From assembly GCA_046582655.1 (NCBI GenBank), contig JAYGDX010000255.1, positions 1 through 58,844 of the forward strand: a DNA stretch of 58,844 nt, written 5' to 3'. Below the pieces are notes generated by a model. That model saw nothing but the letters and a program-made list of their open reading frames with translations, ran no database searches and was not told the DNA's origin. Below, one piece after another: positions 38,575-48,617 of this stretch. The translations under genes and the position numbers were made by a program. Position 1 is the first letter of the stretch; the number at the start of each line of letters is the position of its first letter. This stretch comes from Candidatus Poribacteria bacterium. GTDB lineage: Bacteria > Poribacteria > WGA-4E > UBA9662.

Positions 38575-39816
38575 GTGAAAAAATTCATTGTCATTGAAGT
38601 CGCTGTTATTATTGCTCTAGTAATCAGTTTTTTGGTTGGCAAATCATTGAATAGTGATGATTTTATCAATTATTACCGAAATGCCGATCGTGCTTGGCAA
38701 GAGGCGGAAAAAGCTGACATCCCACCTGTTACTTTTGATGACCCTGATCGCAAGCGGTTGCAGCAAGTTCGTGCACTGTATCGCGAAGTTTTCGATAAAT
38801 ATCCCAACAGTGATTGGGCAGATGATGCTCTATACCAGTATGCATCTCGGATCTCACGGTCTCAGGAGGAACAGTTCACTCTTTTCAGGCGTATCGTTAG
38901 CAGTTATCCGGACAGTCAATGGTCAGATGATTCACTTTACGGTATTGCTGTCGCCTACTATCGATTGGGGGCAGAAGCATCGGAAAATAATCCGGAACTA
39001 CAGGATACAGGTGATACTTATTATGATCGAGCGTTTGCTCTCTTCGATCAGGTTGTTCGAGATTACCCTGGCAGTGTGCTGGTTGATCAGTCGCTATTCA
39101 ACCGAGCCATGTGCTACTACGGCAAAAAAATGTTGGGGCGAGCACTTGAGCAATTCAGTGTTCTGACCAATGATTTGGCAGATACGCTGATAATTCATGA
39201 AGTGATCTATTATATTGGCATGATCTATGTCGAACAACGAAAGTATGAGAAAGCAAGGATAGAGTTTCGAAATGTGATCGATTCGGGTCACAAAGAGCTC
39301 TCTCCATTAGCTCAGTTTGGTATCGCACAAACCTACTTCGCCGAAGCAAACTATGAAAAGGCAATAGATGGGTACAAGAAAGTGATTGATAATTACCGCA
39401 CAACGGAATCTGCTGAAGATGCCCAGTTTTATATCGGATGGTCATACCAGAGACTGGCAAAGTATGACGAAGCCATTTTGCAGCTTGAGGAAGCAATTGA
39501 GCTGTTTCCTTACAACGAAAATGCCCCTAATTCACAGTTCTTTATTGGTCAAATTTATTATGCTAAAAAAGATTATCAAGGAGCAATAGAGGCTTATCGG
39601 AAGGTTGCAGATAATACGACTTTCGATTATAACACACGCCGATCAGCTCAATATTGGATTGCGAGGTTGCTTGAAGAAAATAATGACATTGATGAGGCTG
39701 TTGGAGCCTATCAACAGTTGCTGAGAAACTTTCCGGAACTACATCAAACACCAAGCCACCCATCAAATAATGTCAATGAGAATTACATTCAGAAGTTAAG
39801 ATCCGAGCAATTATAG
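38575..39816 (+). CDS. Membrane-anchored TPR protein (BamD/CpoB-like repeats)
   Basis: N-terminal hydrophobic helix; repeated YPxSxWxDDALY and AQFxIGxxY TPR units. Confidence 0.85.
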   Translation: MKKFIVIEVAVIIALVISFLVGKSLNSDDFINYYRNADRAWQEAEKADIPPVTFDDPDRKRLQQVRALYREVFDKYPNSDWADDALYQYASRISRSQEEQFTLFRRIVSSYPDSQWSDDSLYGIAVAYYRLGAEASENNPELQDTGDTYYDRAFALFDQVVRDYPGSVLVDQSLFNRAMCYYGKKMLGRALEQFSVLTNDLADTLIIHEVIYYIGMIYVEQRKYEKARIEFRNVIDSGHKELSPLAQFGIAQTYFAEANYEKAIDGYKKVIDNYRTTESAEDAQFYIGWSYQRLAKYDEAILQLEEAIELFPYNENAPNSQFFIGQIYYAKKDYQGAIEAYRKVADNTTFDYNTRRSAQYWIARLLEENNDIDEAVGAYQQLLRNFPELHQTPSHPSNNVNENYIQKLRSEQL

Positions 39817-39947
39817 GATTCTGTCCGAGCCCCTCGAGATTACTTGATTTTGTTTCTTTCATCAATCTTTATTAACCCCGCTTGACAAGAATTAGGTCAA
39901 TCTGCTAAGGTTGAATGACCTAAAATAAGTCCAGAAAACAATCATAG

Positions 39948-42713
39948 GTGTTGTGCGTGAAGCCAATCAATCTGTTTGTTGCTACCTTCCTGATTTTCGT
40001 GTTGGCAATGATTCCGAGCTCGATTAGTTTTGCGCAAAGAGCAAGTCCAAAGCAGTTAGCCGCAGCTGTTCGTGTCGCACGCAAATACTTGAGTTCTAAT
40101 CGTGACTTCGCCCCGCATGAAATTGAAAAATGCTTCACTGGGGGCATGGTAACATTGGCTCAAAACTGGGATCTACTATCACCTGTACACCAAAGAGAGT
40201 TTGCAGGTGTTTTTGCCAGACCCAGCATTGCGGGCATCGCCAGACGTGATGGTGAAGGCGCACCTCCGCGAACCCCAATTACAGGTTCCTTAGTACACAA
40301 ATTTGATACCCCTCACTTTCGGATACACTATTCGACCAATGACCGTCATGCTCCGCCTCTAGACGATTACAGCCCAAGGAATGGGGTTCCGGACTATGTT
40401 GATAGGGCGGCGGACGCAGCTGAAAAATCCTATCGTATCGAAATCAAAGCAATGGGATTTAAGGAACCATATGACGATTTTTGGGCAATGAATAACGGTG
40501 GGAACATCAAAGCAGATATTTATTTAGTCAAATTTGGTTCCCTAGGTTTAGCGCTAAACAGTGGTATTAGCGGGCGTTTTATTTCGGCTGGAGTAACAGC
40601 TATTCCGTTCTACCTAATTAACTCCAGGATGTGGGATTACTTCGGCCGATCAGAGGGAAATCGTTACATCGATACCACCATTGCCCACGAGTACTTCCAT
40701 GGTGTTCAATTAGCCTATAACGCTAAAATGCCTGCGTGGACTATGGAAGCTACTGCCACTTGGATAGAGTCGAGAGTCTATGATGGTGGAAGAGCCGTCT
40801 TCAACATTGATCCAAAGTATCAAGAAGATCTGGATCAGTTGATGGTTCCCGTTGAATTAGCCAGGGAATTGAAAGACAAACACAAGATCTTTCTATTGAC
40901 ACCGGATAAAAAGAGCGTCCGTGATGATGTTTCCGTCATCAGAATCCCCCCTGATAAGAAGACCGGAAAAGGATTGCGATGGCGCATTCGAGATCATCGA
41001 CAGAACGAGGATTGGACCAAACGGCGTATTTACGAGATTCGAAAATACCGAGATGAACTTAGGTTCCACGAGGATTTTGATGATATTCCTGACATCGACA
41101 ATATCGATGAAACTGATGGTTACCACTATTATACGGGCCAATTACATGATTGGTTTATCATTCCGGATATTTCTCTCGATGAAACAGATTTCCATCATCA
41201 TTATGGCTCGATGATCTGGTTCTTCTATATCACCGAGCGGTTTGAAATGGATATTGTGCGAAAATATTTTGCTAAAGCGACACAAGGTGCCGGCCGAGAA
41301 TACCGAAGCTTTGCTGCACTCTTTGAGGACTACGGCACCACTCTGGCTGAAGCATTCAAAATGTTCACTGTTTGGAACTACTATACCGCAGATCGTGATG
41401 AGGGGCGGCACTATTTTAATGGAAACCGTTTTCCCAGAGTTGCCATTAACCCGACCAATATCCATAATTCATATCCTGTCCATCGGCATTACAATGATAA
41501 GGAAATGCCGGAAGCGTTTGCTGCTCGCTATGTTGTATTTAGTCCACCGGAGAATGGTCAGATATTTGAGGACTTTGCTGTTCGAGTAGACGGGATGGAT
41601 ATCGCCCCAATAGATCTAAGAACCATTGAAATCGCGGAGCGTCGTGAAAAAATTGAAAAGGAGCTACGTCGGCTTGGTTCAACGGGTCTGCGTGGTTGGG
41701 GAGTGAAGTTTATTCTGCATAAGAACAACGGAACAACTGAGGACACAGAGGTCTTCACTTATCACCGGTCACAAGAAGCACAGATGAATTTCCAGAACTT
41801 TGGCAAACACGGCGATATTACTAAGATCGTATTGATTCTGATCAACATTCACCCTGACATTGAGCAGGTTATTACGCCTGATTATAATCCCCAGACGGGA
41901 GAAAATGCAACAGGTGGTAGCATAAGTTATTATGCGGGTGTGCCTCCAGCAGGAAGATTGACCGAACCGAAACTGTCCAAGGGAGAAAACGGTGGCGTCC
42001 ACATCGAATGGGAACTCGAAGACCTGACAGAGATCAAACAGATAGCTATCGTTCGTAAGCGGTTTGAGCTCAGAACCGATACCAAACGTCACACTCTTAA
42101 GACATTCCAAAACGCTGCTCAAGTTTTCAATGCCGGCGACCGTACCATCACGGCCGCCGGTATTGAAGATGGTAACGGCGTACCTGATGGTGACATTAAT
42201 ATTGTTGGATACGTTGAGGCAACGGACACTAATTTCTTTGATGCAACCACTTTTCAAGACATCAACGTGGACCACAAGTCGTTTAATCCGAAGGGGGTTG
42301 CTTACTTTTATGCCATTGTCCCTATTAGCCAATATGGTCTGATGGGAACACCTGCCATTGGTCGGAGACAGATAACACCTGACTATATTCCTGAAGATAA
42401 TCTGTCCGCTGCAGCACCCTCTCAGACCACGTTGTACCAGAGTTATCCGAATCCATTCAATCCAGAGGTTTGGATTCCCTATGAGTTAGCTAAAGATTCA
42501 CCGATTAGTATCGATATTTACACACTAGCAGGTGAAAAAGTACGTACTCTAGATATTGGCATGAAACCGACTGGCAGATATATTGATAAGGACTTTGCTG
42601 CTTATTGGGATGGTCGGACAGCCACGGGGGAAAGGGTAGCAAGCGGTGTCTATTTTTATGTTTTTCGGACAACAGATTATGTTGGCAGTGGGAAAATGGT
42701 GATTGTCAAGTAG
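39948..42713 (+). CDS. Secreted zinc metalloprotease-like protein (MXAN_6640-like) with C-terminal T9SS-A/FlgD-like domain
   Basis: Signal peptide; HFRIHY, NGVPDYV, TIAHEYFHGVQ (HExxH), WTMEATATWIE; C-terminal LYQSYPNPFNPEVWIPYEL...WDGR..GERVASGVYFY..KMVIVK. Confidence 0.8.
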   Translation: MLCVKPINLFVATFLIFVLAMIPSSISFAQRASPKQLAAAVRVARKYLSSNRDFAPHEIEKCFTGGMVTLAQNWDLLSPVHQREFAGVFARPSIAGIARRDGEGAPPRTPITGSLVHKFDTPHFRIHYSTNDRHAPPLDDYSPRNGVPDYVDRAADAAEKSYRIEIKAMGFKEPYDDFWAMNNGGNIKADIYLVKFGSLGLALNSGISGRFISAGVTAIPFYLINSRMWDYFGRSEGNRYIDTTIAHEYFHGVQLAYNAKMPAWTMEATATWIESRVYDGGRAVFNIDPKYQEDLDQLMVPVELARELKDKHKIFLLTPDKKSVRDDVSVIRIPPDKKTGKGLRWRIRDHRQNEDWTKRRIYEIRKYRDELRFHEDFDDIPDIDNIDETDGYHYYTGQLHDWFIIPDISLDETDFHHHYGSMIWFFYITERFEMDIVRKYFAKATQGAGREYRSFAALFEDYGTTLAEAFKMFTVWNYYTADRDEGRHYFNGNRFPRVAINPTNIHNSYPVHRHYNDKEMPEAFAARYVVFSPPENGQIFEDFAVRVDGMDIAPIDLRTIEIAERREKIEKELRRLGSTGLRGWGVKFILHKNNGTTEDTEVFTYHRSQEAQMNFQNFGKHGDITKIVLILINIHPDIEQVITPDYNPQTGENATGGSISYYAGVPPAGRLTEPKLSKGENGGVHIEWELEDLTEIKQIAIVRKRFELRTDTKRHTLKTFQNAAQVFNAGDRTITAAGIEDGNGVPDGDINIVGYVEATDTNFFDATTFQDINVDHKSFNPKGVAYFYAIVPISQYGLMGTPAIGRRQITPDYIPEDNLSAAAPSQTTLYQSYPNPFNPEVWIPYELAKDSPISIDIYTLAGEKVRTLDIGMKPTGRYIDKDFAAYWDGRTATGERVASGVYFYVFRTTDYVGSGKMVIVK

Positions 42714-42731
42714 ACCGGATACAAGAATGAT

Positions 42732-43934
42732 ATGCTCAAAGATCTAACACATTTCTTAATTTTTGGATTGTTGATTTTATCTTTTTTCAGTTGTAGCGAT
42801 GGTGATCCGTTCAATGATCCTGTTATAGATCAAGAACTTGGTGATATAAAAGGATTGCATGCTGTTGAATTTCCTACCCCATCAAATGGTACGTGGACTT
42901 ATCTAAATCCGAAAAATAATCGTAAGTTCACGCTGCGGATTGAGGACACTAGATTTGTTGATGGCTTCGTTTATCGAAAACTCAATTCCAGTGAGATGCG
43001 CCTTTTCAAAATCCCACTTGATCCGCTAGAAGACAAGATTTCAGATATGCAAGGTCGAGAGATAGATGACTTGGAAGGTGTGATACAAACCCTTTACAAC
43101 GTGCAGGAGCAGATTGCTGAGGGAGAGCGAAAAGGTGTATCTGACGAAGAGCTTGAATCGCTGAAAAGTGAACAGAAAACACTGCGTACTATCATCGATA
43201 AAGAATTCCAAAAAAACGAATTTGGTTTACTAACAAGTCGTACCACAATGGAATTCACTGTACAAAAGAAAGATGATGAATGGCGAATATTTGAAAACTT
43301 TCAGCAACCCTTCATCATTCGCAAAGAAGATGATCAACTGATTGTCTCAACTCGCGAGACTTTTGACCATTTAGCCACAAACGGTCTGGTATTTCGATGG
43401 AAAGGCGTATACTTTCCCGCCTCGATTCCGATAAAGTCCAGGTACTTCTTCAAATCCATCAGGGACTACCAAGAAGCCGCACTTGATGTCTATCTAACAC
43501 TTTTGGGTGAAGTCCCTATCTTGCATCAATCCTATTTCATTTCCCAAAAAATGTGGGATTTTCCGCTAACTGTTGGCAAGGAATGGGTGGTTTTCGAAAA
43601 AGTATCGGTACCAACAATTAAGGTGATTCGCCGAGTTGTAGCTGAGGACGTTACTGTAGATGTATCAGCAGGTAGTTTTCAAACTTTTCTCGTTGAAGAA
43701 GTTGTTGTGGGCGTAGAAGGTGTTGGACAGCCAGACGGAACAGAAGAAAATGGGGAGGAAGGCAAAAATGAGGTCAAAACCGATCCAAGTAAACCCTATA
43801 TTCCACCCGCACACTATTGGGTGGCTAAAAACGTTGGCGTAGTTAAGTATGATTATCCGAAATATATTCCAGTTGGTTCCAAACCCAAAATCCATACCTT
43901 CGAATTGACGGATTACAATCTTCCTGGTTACTAG
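42732..43934 (+). CDS. Hypothetical lipoprotein
   Basis: Lipobox FFSC; FP...GTWTY, FPLTVGKEW, V.V.AGSF.T and WVAKNVGVVK pattern of a widespread beta-sheet lipoprotein fold; starts 18 bp after the protease gene. Confidence 0.75.
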   Translation: MLKDLTHFLIFGLLILSFFSCSDGDPFNDPVIDQELGDIKGLHAVEFPTPSNGTWTYLNPKNNRKFTLRIEDTRFVDGFVYRKLNSSEMRLFKIPLDPLEDKISDMQGREIDDLEGVIQTLYNVQEQIAEGERKGVSDEELESLKSEQKTLRTIIDKEFQKNEFGLLTSRTTMEFTVQKKDDEWRIFENFQQPFIIRKEDDQLIVSTRETFDHLATNGLVFRWKGVYFPASIPIKSRYFFKSIRDYQEAALDVYLTLLGEVPILHQSYFISQKMWDFPLTVGKEWVVFEKVSVPTIKVIRRVVAEDVTVDVSAGSFQTFLVEEVVVGVEGVGQPDGTEENGEEGKNEVKTDPSKPYIPPAHYWVAKNVGVVKYDYPKYIPVGSKPKIHTFELTDYNLPGY

Positions 43935-43972
43935 GTCTGCATGTAATCTTTAACTAGTGGCGTTTTAGGATG

Positions 43973-46000
43973 TCAATCTCTATCTCCGTCTTGTTGGGTT
44001 AACTGCTTCATTGAGGGGACGAATATCCGGTCTCCATCTGCCACACCACTTATAATTTCGAAGTGGCTGTTGTTTCGCTGTCCAACTTCGATTCTTTTCC
44101 GTAGGCCCTTTTCTTCGATTTCACCTTTCTTTCCTTTTTTAGCCTGTTTCGTTATTGTGCCATCATCGAGTTGGACAAAGTACTTTTTCTCACTGTCTAT
44201 ATTCGTTTCTATCCCATTCAGCATATCTCCATTCTGAAAACGAATTTTAATTTCAGTTGGCCCTGTTCGGATGCCACGGGCAGATTTGTCGAGTAGGATC
44301 TCAGCATTTCCAAGGATTTTATTAGGAAGAATTTTACCTACGGTCGCCTTAAACTGCTTCCCGACTAAATTTTCAATTGTTATTTCTTGATCGATCTGTA
44401 ATTTGCTAAGATACTCTGATGGAATATTTGCTTGGATTGTTAGGACTTCGGAGATAATTACAGATTCAATTGGTAGTTGTAGAATGTCAGACTTTTCAGT
44501 AATTACAATATCGATATCAGCGGACATTCCCGGCATCAATTGAGGGGGGGATCCAATAACTTCAATCACGACTTCAAAAGTGACAATTCCACTTGATGTC
44601 CGTTGCTGCACATCCGCACTTGGCGCAATTTCACTTACAATTCCTTGAAAGCTTGTCTGAGGATATGCGTCTACGTGGATCTCCACTTTTTGGTCGATCT
44701 TTACTTTCGCGATTTCAACCTCGTTAATGTAGGTCTTAACTACCATTTTTGAGAGATCTGCTATTGTAAGAATAGCCGGCCCCTGACTGAATGCGGATCT
44801 ACCAGAAGTGATGATTTCTCCCTCCTCAACACTCAATTTTGTGATTTTACCCGAAATCGGAGCCATCATGATTGTCCATTCCAAGCGTTCAGTCTGGGAT
44901 TTGAGGCGACTTTCTGATTCAAGCAAAGCTGCTTGCGCTCCAACTTCAGAATGGACAGTAAGTTCCTTCTCCTGTTCAGTAGTTTCAAGTATTTGCTGAA
45001 GTCTCGTTTGAGCATTTTTTAATTCTGCTTCCACTTGTTTTTGCCGGGCTTCCTGTGTACTTTTGGTTGATTCCAGATTCAACTCTTCTAATTTCAGTGT
45101 GGTTTTACGATTCTCAATTGCTCGGTTTCGAGCATCAATATTTTGCCTTTGGGATTCTACTGTTCTGATTTGAGATTCGACATTTTTCTGCGCGGATTCG
45201 TATTGCGAGGCTGCTGTAGCATGACGAGCCTTGGCATCTTCTAAGGATTTCTTTGAGATGAACTTTTTTTGGAATAGTTCCTTGTTTCGATTATATTCTG
45301 CTTTAGCATTATCATAGTTGATCTTGGAAGACCCAGAATTTGATTGATGCTGTTCAAGTTGGATTCCTGCTTGCTGTAGGGCGATTTCTGATTGGTTGAG
45401 AGAAATGTGATCTTGCTCTAATAGGTTTCGAGTGGTGGAAATATTTGCCTGCGCTTGACGGATTTGTTGATTTGAAGTAGCTTGGTTGGAGTCTAAGTTT
45501 GCTTGCGCAACTTCAACTGAATTCTTGGACTGGACTATGGTGCTATCCTGCTGTTTTTCTGTTAGGTAGATCCTGATTTTTGCTTGATCAAGTGAAGCTC
45601 GTCGTGCATCTCGACTGGCTTCTGCCTGGTGTTTTTGCTCTTCGATCTGTTGAGGATCAATTCTGATCAATTTCTGTCCTTTTTTGACAAAGTCCCCTTC
45701 TCTAACAAGAATTTTCTCAATTTCACCTTCAACGTTTGATCTGACGGCTACAGAAACTAGAGGTTCAAGATTTCCTGTCTCGCGGATTTTGACGACAAAT
45801 CTCCCATATCGAACAACCTCCATTTTATCTTCCTCCTCCTTTTTTCTGTTACATCCGCTGATGGTGGCCGAGAAGAAGATGATGATAGTACTAATTAGGA
45901 AAATTTTGAATAATAAACGATCATAATCATAGAGTTTTTTTTGTATCTGTTGAGACATAATCAGTTTTTTCATATTGACTATCAGGAAGTGGCGTACCAT
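43973..46000 (-). CDS. Efflux periplasmic adaptor (MacA/HlyD-like) with very long coiled coil
   Basis: Lipoyl halves VEGEIEKILVREGDFVKKGQKL and APISGKI..VEEGE; LMPGMSADIDI; about 250 aa helical hairpin. Start uncertain. Confidence 0.88.
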   Translation of the reverse strand: MVRHFLIVNMKKLIMSQQIQKKLYDYDRLLFKIFLISTIIIFFSATISGCNRKKEEEDKMEVVRYGRFVVKIRETGNLEPLVSVAVRSNVEGEIEKILVREGDFVKKGQKLIRIDPQQIEEQKHQAEASRDARRASLDQAKIRIYLTEKQQDSTIVQSKNSVEVAQANLDSNQATSNQQIRQAQANISTTRNLLEQDHISLNQSEIALQQAGIQLEQHQSNSGSSKINYDNAKAEYNRNKELFQKKFISKKSLEDAKARHATAASQYESAQKNVESQIRTVESQRQNIDARNRAIENRKTTLKLEELNLESTKSTQEARQKQVEAELKNAQTRLQQILETTEQEKELTVHSEVGAQAALLESESRLKSQTERLEWTIMMAPISGKITKLSVEEGEIITSGRSAFSQGPAILTIADLSKMVVKTYINEVEIAKVKIDQKVEIHVDAYPQTSFQGIVSEIAPSADVQQRTSSGIVTFEVVIEVIGSPPQLMPGMSADIDIVITEKSDILQLPIESVIISEVLTIQANIPSEYLSKLQIDQEITIENLVGKQFKATVGKILPNKILGNAEILLDKSARGIRTGPTEIKIRFQNGDMLNGIETNIDSEKKYFVQLDDGTITKQAKKGKKGEIEEKGLRKRIEVGQRNNSHFEIISGVADGDRIFVPSMKQLTQQDGDRD

Positions 46001-46034
46001 TCACAGGAGATACAGAGATATAATGATAATAAAA

Positions 46035-48617
46035 TTATAGGTCGCCTAAGACCTTCTGGAGGGAGGCTTGTGCAATCTGATAGTCATAAAATATACGGAC
46101 TTGGCTAGTGAGAGCTTTGGCAAACTCGGTTTGTGCGTCCAGGAGTTCAATCAATATTGCTAGTTCCTGTATGAATCGTTCGCGAATAACATTGAGGCTC
46201 AGTCTTGCATCTCGAACTTGTGCGTCTGATATCTCAACTGCTTTTGCCGCCCGGATAAGATTTAGATAAGCTTGTTGGACTTCCAAAGTGACAGATCTCT
46301 TTAGATCCTCAAGATCCTCTTGGGTTCGATCAAGCTGAAGTTTAAGTTCGTCGACCCGCCGTTTAGTTATACCACCGTCGAAAATTGGGAAATCCAGTGT
46401 GGCAGCAAAACGCCAGTAGCGCAAATGTCCGAGATCTTCTGTGTCATCAAAGTAGTCATCCAAGTTGAAATCGTGATTATATTGGGCATTTAATCTTGGA
46501 AAACGATTGAGCTTGGCTAGCCTGAGGGCATATTCCGTTTGCTTAATACTCGATTTGTTCAACATAAATTCCGAACGAGCTTTAATAGCGTGATTAATGG
46601 CTTCGTCCAGCGAAATGTCAACTGTTTTGACCTTATTTTTCGGCTCCTTAGTCTCAATAACATGAATTCGAGCTGCTGGATTCAGCCCCATAATACGCGG
46701 TAAGCTAGCTAGTGCAATATCGAGTTGATTCTGATCATTAAGTAGCGTTAATTCACTATTGGCTTCACGAACTTGCGCTGTGGCAATGTCGGCTTCAATC
46801 TGAATTCCCGCTTCCACATATGCCTCAACACGCTCTCGATTTTCGCGGGATCTGTCCAGGATTTGTTCGTCAACTTCCACCAACTCCTGTGCTTTCAAGA
46901 CCTCATAGTAAGCTTGAGTTACTTGAAATACCAAGTTTTGACGAACTTGATCATTCTGAACATTGACTAAATTTTTGTTCTCTTGTGCTTGTAAAAGTCC
47001 GATATTGCGTTGGCCATGATCCCAGATTGTATAGCGTCCAGTAACTCCAAAACTATAATTATTCCGCTCAAATCCAAAATCAACCTGTTTTGAAGCAGAA
47101 TAACCTCCGTTCAGAAAAAGATCTGGATAATAAAGCGCTTGCGCATTTTTAACTCGTAATTCCTCAATTTTTGCACCAATTTTCGCGTTTTTTATAACAC
47201 TTGAATTTTTCTTGGCGATCTCGATACATTGCTTGAGTGTAAGGGGTTGGGACAAATCATAAACAGCCTCAACCTGGACAACAACAGGTGGTGGAATATT
47301 TCTGATTCTTGGATCTTTTTGAATCTGATCCTTATTATTATCACCTCTGGGAAAAATGGATAAATTCGACTTCGGATTACTTGCATCTTTGGAATTTTTG
47401 GCTGATTCTTTTTCCAGTTGGTCCTTAACGTCGAGTACCTTTTCCTGTTCTTCTTCCAATTCGAATTCAGAAAACAAACTACTTTGTGACTCTGGCTGTA
47501 AGGGAACTAATTCTGTGGATTTCGATATTTCATCATCATCTGCAGCCAAAGTAGGCGGATCAGTTTCTTGTGTGCCTCGGTTTTCATCTTCAATTACTGA
47601 AGGGACTATTTCAGGGGATTTTGAGGATACTTCTGGTTTAGCGGTAGGAGATTCTTTACTGTCTTGGTTTAAGTCCGTTGGGAGACTACTTTGTGACTCA
47701 ACTGAAAAAGTAGTCAATTCTGCTGGCTTGGGAGAAGTAAAATCAGTCTCTTTTGCTTGTAACAGATCAATTACAATCCGATCCGGTTGAGCTAGTGTGA
47801 AAATTTCTGATTTCACCGAAGCATGGCACAGAAGAACAAGCTTCAACTGGTTCCCAGGTAATTCTACAAGTTTAATATCCTTTATCAAAATTGAATTGGA
47901 GACTTCAACCGTTTTTTTTAGTTTAACACTCGAATGAATTTCGGTATCGGAAACATGCAGCGTAACGTAATTGGAATCGACATCTTCCTTGTAGACAATT
48001 TTTCTGTTAAATTCAAGCACAACACGTGTTTTCCGCTCTTCATGATGGTAATGAGATCGTATATTCACAAGTTGGGTAAGGATAGAATTCAACTCAGATT
48101 TAAGTAATTCATTTTTCTCTTTTTGAAACTCGGGGGATGGAGCCGGCAGCGAATCCTCTAATTCTTTTGGTTTTGAAGGAATGGAATCAGTTTCTTCAGT
48201 CTGGTGTAGATCAATGACAATACGATTGGGTTCAGGCAGCATGAAAATTTCCGGTTTTACTGTTGGGCGGAAGGAGAAAGTAAGTTGAAGCTTGTTTTCA
48301 GCTAGTTCTTTGAGTTCTATTTTTTCTGCTAAAATTGGGTTAGAAGCATCAACGGAAATTTTGGATTTCACCTTTGAAACAGCTACTGTGTCTGGAATCT
48401 GCAAGGTAATTTGATCAGAATCGACATTTTTATCGTAATCAACCTTTTGATTAAATTCAAGTACAATACGAGTTTTTTGATCTTCATAATGGTAATGAGA
48501 TCGTATGTCAATTAGTTGTGCCGGCTTCGCTAGAGCTGAAACATAATCTGCTATTATAAAAAATATCCCAAGGACAAATATATGAAAAATAAAGTATTGC
48601 GTCCTCATTTTTGTCAT
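46035..48617 (-). CDS. TolC-family outer-membrane channel fused to two N-terminal AMIN domains
   Basis: Two copies of IRSHYH..KTR(I/V)VLEF...IF.L..P.RIVIDL; acidic Pro/Ser linker; OEP domain LTLKQCIEIA, VTQAYYEV, FPIFDGG, VQQAYLNL, IELLDAQ. Confidence 0.88.
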   Translation of the reverse strand: MTKMRTQYFIFHIFVLGIFFIIADYVSALAKPAQLIDIRSHYHYEDQKTRIVLEFNQKVDYDKNVDSDQITLQIPDTVAVSKVKSKISVDASNPILAEKIELKELAENKLQLTFSFRPTVKPEIFMLPEPNRIVIDLHQTEETDSIPSKPKELEDSLPAPSPEFQKEKNELLKSELNSILTQLVNIRSHYHHEERKTRVVLEFNRKIVYKEDVDSNYVTLHVSDTEIHSSVKLKKTVEVSNSILIKDIKLVELPGNQLKLVLLCHASVKSEIFTLAQPDRIVIDLLQAKETDFTSPKPAELTTFSVESQSSLPTDLNQDSKESPTAKPEVSSKSPEIVPSVIEDENRGTQETDPPTLAADDDEISKSTELVPLQPESQSSLFSEFELEEEQEKVLDVKDQLEKESAKNSKDASNPKSNLSIFPRGDNNKDQIQKDPRIRNIPPPVVVQVEAVYDLSQPLTLKQCIEIAKKNSSVIKNAKIGAKIEELRVKNAQALYYPDLFLNGGYSASKQVDFGFERNNYSFGVTGRYTIWDHGQRNIGLLQAQENKNLVNVQNDQVRQNLVFQVTQAYYEVLKAQELVEVDEQILDRSRENRERVEAYVEAGIQIEADIATAQVREANSELTLLNDQNQLDIALASLPRIMGLNPAARIHVIETKEPKNKVKTVDISLDEAINHAIKARSEFMLNKSSIKQTEYALRLAKLNRFPRLNAQYNHDFNLDDYFDDTEDLGHLRYWRFAATLDFPIFDGGITKRRVDELKLQLDRTQEDLEDLKRSVTLEVQQAYLNLIRAAKAVEISDAQVRDARLSLNVIRERFIQELAILIELLDAQTEFAKALTSQVRIFYDYQIAQASLQKVLGDL

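Noticed and set aside
40791..43349. Inserted modules as inteins
   Set aside because: No N-terminal Cys/Ser splice motif, no His-Asn followed by Cys/Ser/Thr at the end, and no HINT or homing endonuclease motifs.
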